A program made the position numbers and the translations under genes. A stretch of 17,186 bases of DNA, from positions 1 through 17,186 of the forward strand of contig JAZGDW010000166.1 in assembly GCA_036478295.1 (NCBI GenBank), given 5' to 3'. Source of the stretch: Candidatus Krumholzibacteriia bacterium. Its GTDB lineage: Bacteria > Krumholzibacteriota > Krumholzibacteriia > WVZY01. Of this stretch, positions 14,092-17,186 are shown piece by piece. Each line of letters starts with the position of its first letter. The first letter of the stretch is position 1. Below the pieces are notes generated by a model. That model made no database searches. It saw only the letters and a list, made by a program, of their open reading frames with translations, and was not told where the DNA came from.

Positions 14092-17000
14092 TCACTTCAG
14101 CACTACCAACTTGCGGGTGCGAACGAAGGTGCCGGCTCTGAGTTTGTAGAAATACACACCACTGGCAACGGCATCGCCCGATGCGTTGCGGCCGTTCCAC
14201 GGAACCTTGTAACGGCCAGGCTGCTGGTACTCGCTCACCAGCTCGCGGACGCGCTCACCCCGCACATTGTAGATGACAAGCCGCGTCTCCACCGCGTGCG
14301 GCAGGTCGTAGGCGATGGTCGTCGTCGGGTTCAGCGGATTCGGATAGTTCTGGTGCAGCGCGAACTGCCGCGGAATATTTGGCAGGTCGTTGGCGAGCAC
14401 GGTTGTCACCGCGGTGGAACTCACAACGAGATGAGCCGGAATCGTCACCTCGGTGGTCAGCGGATCGTTGCTCGCGATTCCCAACTGCGCGCGGTAGTCG
14501 CCGTCGGACAAACCGGTGGCGTCAAAAGTCACCTCGACTTTCATCGAAGCACCAGCGGCTATCGTGCCGGCAAGCGGATTGGCAGAGATCCATCCCGGCG
14601 CCTCACTCACCCAGTTCAAGGCGTTTCCCAATAGAACCCCGGCGCTCGCCGGCCCACCGCGGACGAACAGGTGCCAGTCCGGATCGAGCCCACACAGCAC
14701 CACGCGGCCCCCTGTGACCGTGCCGGCAAGGATCGCGGCTGCCCCAGAAGTGGGCACGACCGCCACGGGCTCGAGCCCCGGCGGAAAACGTGTGAAGACG
14801 TTGTGAACCCCGTTGTTCCAGTTACTGAGGTCGGCGCTCGTTAGACTCGCCATGACGGGGTGAGACGGGTTTACGATATTGACCACGTTCCGATCGACGC
14901 CCAGAAAACCCGCGTCGAAGGGTAACCATCGCCAGTCCAGCGCATTGTCACCGTTTTCTGACAGGGCGACGAGCCCGCCGCCCGCCGCCACAAAAGCGGC
15001 GATCTCCGTCTTCTTGTTCACGAGTGCCTGCATACCCGCCGGGTTCGCACCGCCCGACGTTCGGCCGACGTAGAGCAAATCGAATTCATTCAGGTTGGTT
15101 CCTGCAAAAGCAGCGGGCGACACTCGCGTGTAGGGGATGCCCAGGACGTCCAGGACCCGGTAGTTCTCCGGCTTGCCGAGGTCGATGGTGACGATTTTGG
15201 GTATGCGCTGCGCTGTCGAGTCGGCGTCTGTAATCGCAATGATGAATTCCAGCGGGTTTGCCCCCGCCGAGTTATCGATGGTCAAAAGTTGTTTGGAAAC
15301 GCTACCCGAAGATAGGTGTTCGTGCAGCGAATCGGGCGACACCGAGATAACCGGCGGCAAGGCGCCCGTGCCCCTCAGACTCACGGTGACGACGGATTCG
15401 TCGGGATCGTCGCTTTCGATGGTTAGTGTTGCGGTAATGTCTCCCACGTTACTCGGCGCAAACGTGACCAGGACAACACGGCTCCCACCCACCTCCAGGT
15501 TGAACCCCGTCACATCGACGGTGTATAACCGTGCGTCTGTGGATAAACTGGTGACGTGCAGTGTGTCGGCACCCACATTCAGGACGGTCAGTGTATCGGT
15601 CGCCGATCCGCCGATGAACACGATCCCGTACTCGAGCACGCTATCGGACAGCGCAATATCCGCCGACGGGATCACGTGGAGACGCACCGGCACCGCCAGC
15701 TCCGGACTCAGGGGGTCGTTGCTTACGAGGACGATGGACGCTTCGAAATCACCAGCGAGACCGGCCGCGTCGAGCGTAATATCCGCATCCAGCGACGCCC
15801 CCGCCGGCACCGTGCCGACGAGTGGCGTCCCCCTGGCCCACCCGACGGGTAGTGCCCCATTGGATATCCATATCTCATCCCACCAAGCCTCGGCCGACGA
15901 ATCGAAACTGTATATGTCGAGGCGGAAAACGTCGTTGACGATGGGCGCGTTGCGCAAGGAGATGCCCGCAAGAACGAGCGTTCCATCTACATAATAATCG
16001 AAGGTCTTGGTCGCAAAACTGATGTCCTTGAGTTCAATGTGATACCACGTATCCGCGTTGTACGGGTAGGTGTCGTGACCACCGACATCGGCGTTGATAT
16101 AGAAGCCTCCTGACCGCTGCGCATAGAACCAGATGACCTCCGTACCGAATTGATCCCGCAGCACGAAATATGAGTCGTCGGCCCTTACAGACGACGAGCG
16201 AATGTAGAAACCGATGTACGCGGGCTGCACCGCACCGAGCCGCTGGAAGATCCCGTCGAAGTGACCGAACGTTGAATTGGAATCGTGGTAACTGTAAACC
16301 GTGGCCGCCGCCGCGGTGGCGCTGGTGACTTCTTTCAGTCCCGCACCGGCAATGATCCAGCCGTCGAAATCACCATCCTCGAAATCATCCTGCAACACAA
16401 TTGCCGCGGGCCCGCCCGGCGTCACCGCTTGCCCACCGAACGGCTGAGGCGGCCCGGCGGTTCCTGCGTGCGCGGGTTGGCGCGGCGCCATCCCGGTTTC
16501 TGCGTGCGCCGCTTGAGGCGGCCCGGCGGTTTCCGCGTGCGCGGGTTGTCGCGGCGCCGTGCCGGTCCCCGTTGGCGTTAGCGCCATCATGGGAGCAGCA
16601 CGCAACCGGACCTCCGGTAGATGCGCCGCGGATACATCCCGAGGTTGGGCCGCGGCAGCGGGCACGCCTGCAGGCGTATCGAGGATCACCATCTGGAATG
16701 TCAAATCACCGCCGCCAGCGCTGTTGTCGATGGTCAGCGTGTGTTTCGATGATTGGCCGGTGAACAGGCTGTCGCCCACCGCATCGGGTAACACCCGAAT
16801 CACGGGCGGCAGGAGTCCCTGGCCCAGCAGGGCGACGGTGAGGGTCTTTTGCTCGTGATCGTTGCTTCGCACAGCAAGGGTCCCGGCACTTGCACCCACC
16901 GTCGCGGGGGCAAAGGAGACCGCGACGGCCTGGCTTTCACCCGGGGCGACGTTCAAGGTGGAAACGCCGACGGCAAAGTCCGTTTTGCGCGGCGGCCGGA

Positions 17001-17184
17001 ATTCAACCGTCAGCAGGTCCTTCCCCAGGTTGGACACGGTGAGCGTATGGGTGGCTACACCGCCGATGAATACCGCACCGTAGTCCAGCAACGTATCCGA
17101 GAGAACGATGTCGGGCGCGGCGGCGACGGTGAGACGGGCGGGCACCTCGATCACCTGGGCGAGGGGGTCGTTGGTCTCGAAGAC
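14092..17184 (-). CDS. Very large secreted modular protein, 5'-truncated: repeated choice-of-anchor D/ASH Ig domains, inserted lectin-like and GATase-like domains, FlgD-Ig/T9SS type A-like C-terminal domain
   Basis: The frame stays open to the window edge (VFETNDPLAQ-VIEVPARL, matching the internal 'SNDPL...PVRL' repeat). Two 'DI.LSD..L.YG.VFIGG.AT.TLTV.N.G.D.L.V' domains. C-terminus 'FALHQNYPNPLNPTTTIAYDL...WNGRNASGDAVASGVYFYKL...TRKLVVLK'. Confidence 0.88.
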   Translation of the reverse strand, partial: VFETNDPLAQVIEVPARLTVAAAPDIVLSDTLLDYGAVFIGGVATHTLTVSNLGKDLLTVEFRPPRKTDFAVGVSTLNVAPGESQAVAVSFAPATVGASAGTLAVRSNDHEQKTLTVALLGQGLLPPVIRVLPDAVGDSLFTGQSSKHTLTIDNSAGGGDLTFQMVILDTPAGVPAAAAQPRDVSAAHLPEVRLRAAPMMALTPTGTGTAPRQPAHAETAGPPQAAHAETGMAPRQPAHAGTAGPPQPFGGQAVTPGGPAAIVLQDDFEDGDFDGWIIAGAGLKEVTSATAAAATVYSYHDSNSTFGHFDGIFQRLGAVQPAYIGFYIRSSSVRADDSYFVLRDQFGTEVIWFYAQRSGGFYINADVGGHDTYPYNADTWYHIELKDISFATKTFDYYVDGTLVLAGISLRNAPIVNDVFRLDIYSFDSSAEAWWDEIWISNGALPVGWARGTPLVGTVPAGASLDADITLDAAGLAGDFEASIVLVSNDPLSPELAVPVRLHVIPSADIALSDSVLEYGIVFIGGSATDTLTVLNVGADTLHVTSLSTDARLYTVDVTGFNLEVGGSRVVLVTFAPSNVGDITATLTIESDDPDESVVTVSLRGTGALPPVISVSPDSLHEHLSSGSVSKQLLTIDNSAGANPLEFIIAITDADSTAQRIPKIVTIDLGKPENYRVLDVLGIPYTRVSPAAFAGTNLNEFDLLYVGRTSGGANPAGMQALVNKKTEIAAFVAAGGGLVALSENGDNALDWRWLPFDAGFLGVDRNVVNIVNPSHPVMASLTSADLSNWNNGVHNVFTRFPPGLEPVAVVPTSGAAAILAGTVTGGRVVLCGLDPDWHLFVRGGPASAGVLLGNALNWVSEAPGWISANPLAGTIAAGASMKVEVTFDATGLSDGDYRAQLGIASNDPLTTEVTIPAHLVVSSTAVTTVLANDLPNIPRQFALHQNYPNPLNPTTTIAYDLPHAVETRLVIYNVRGERVRELVSEYQQPGRYKVPWNGRNASGDAVASGVYFYKLRAGTFVRTRKLVVLK
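16445..16566. repeat. Intragenic direct repeat, 53 bp x2, period 69 bp
   Basis: 16445-16497 vs 16514-16566 match at 48/53 by eye. They encode TGTAPRQPAHAETAGPPQ and TGMAPRQPAHAGTAGPPQ. Confidence 0.9.
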
Positions 17185-17186
17185 AA

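Noticed and set aside
13723..14634. 303-aa + strand ORF (also 15173..15994 + and 936..1844 -)
   Set aside because: Antisense to well-supported genes; long shadow ORFs are expected at this GC content.

Overview
GC-rich bacterial window with 11 protein-coding genes and no rRNA, tRNA, CRISPR array or transposase. Two large secreted proteins, both truncated by the window edges, flank it and point inward. Each has choice-of-anchor-D/ASH-type Ig domains and a FlgD-Ig/T9SS-like C-terminal domain, a style typical of FCB-group and related candidate phyla. From left to right between them lie: a ~46-bp degenerate tandem repeat; a DUF3179-family gene that the ORF track splits but which reads through an in-frame TGA followed by a SECIS-like hairpin (probable exported selenoprotein with no Cys); a FemAB-like GNAT; a SAM methyltransferase; a CNT/NupC nucleoside transporter; a three-gene cluster (TPR-PEGA membrane protein, STAND-like ATPase-TM-4xPEGA, protein kinase-STAND-like ATPase); and a sulfotransferase-like plus class IV aminotransferase pair. 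The best candidates for new biology are the kinase/paired-ATPase/PEGA cluster, which looks like a receptor kinase split in two and possibly re-coupled by paralogous ATPases, and the Cys-free selenoprotein. All family calls come from recognising motifs by eye; no searches were run.
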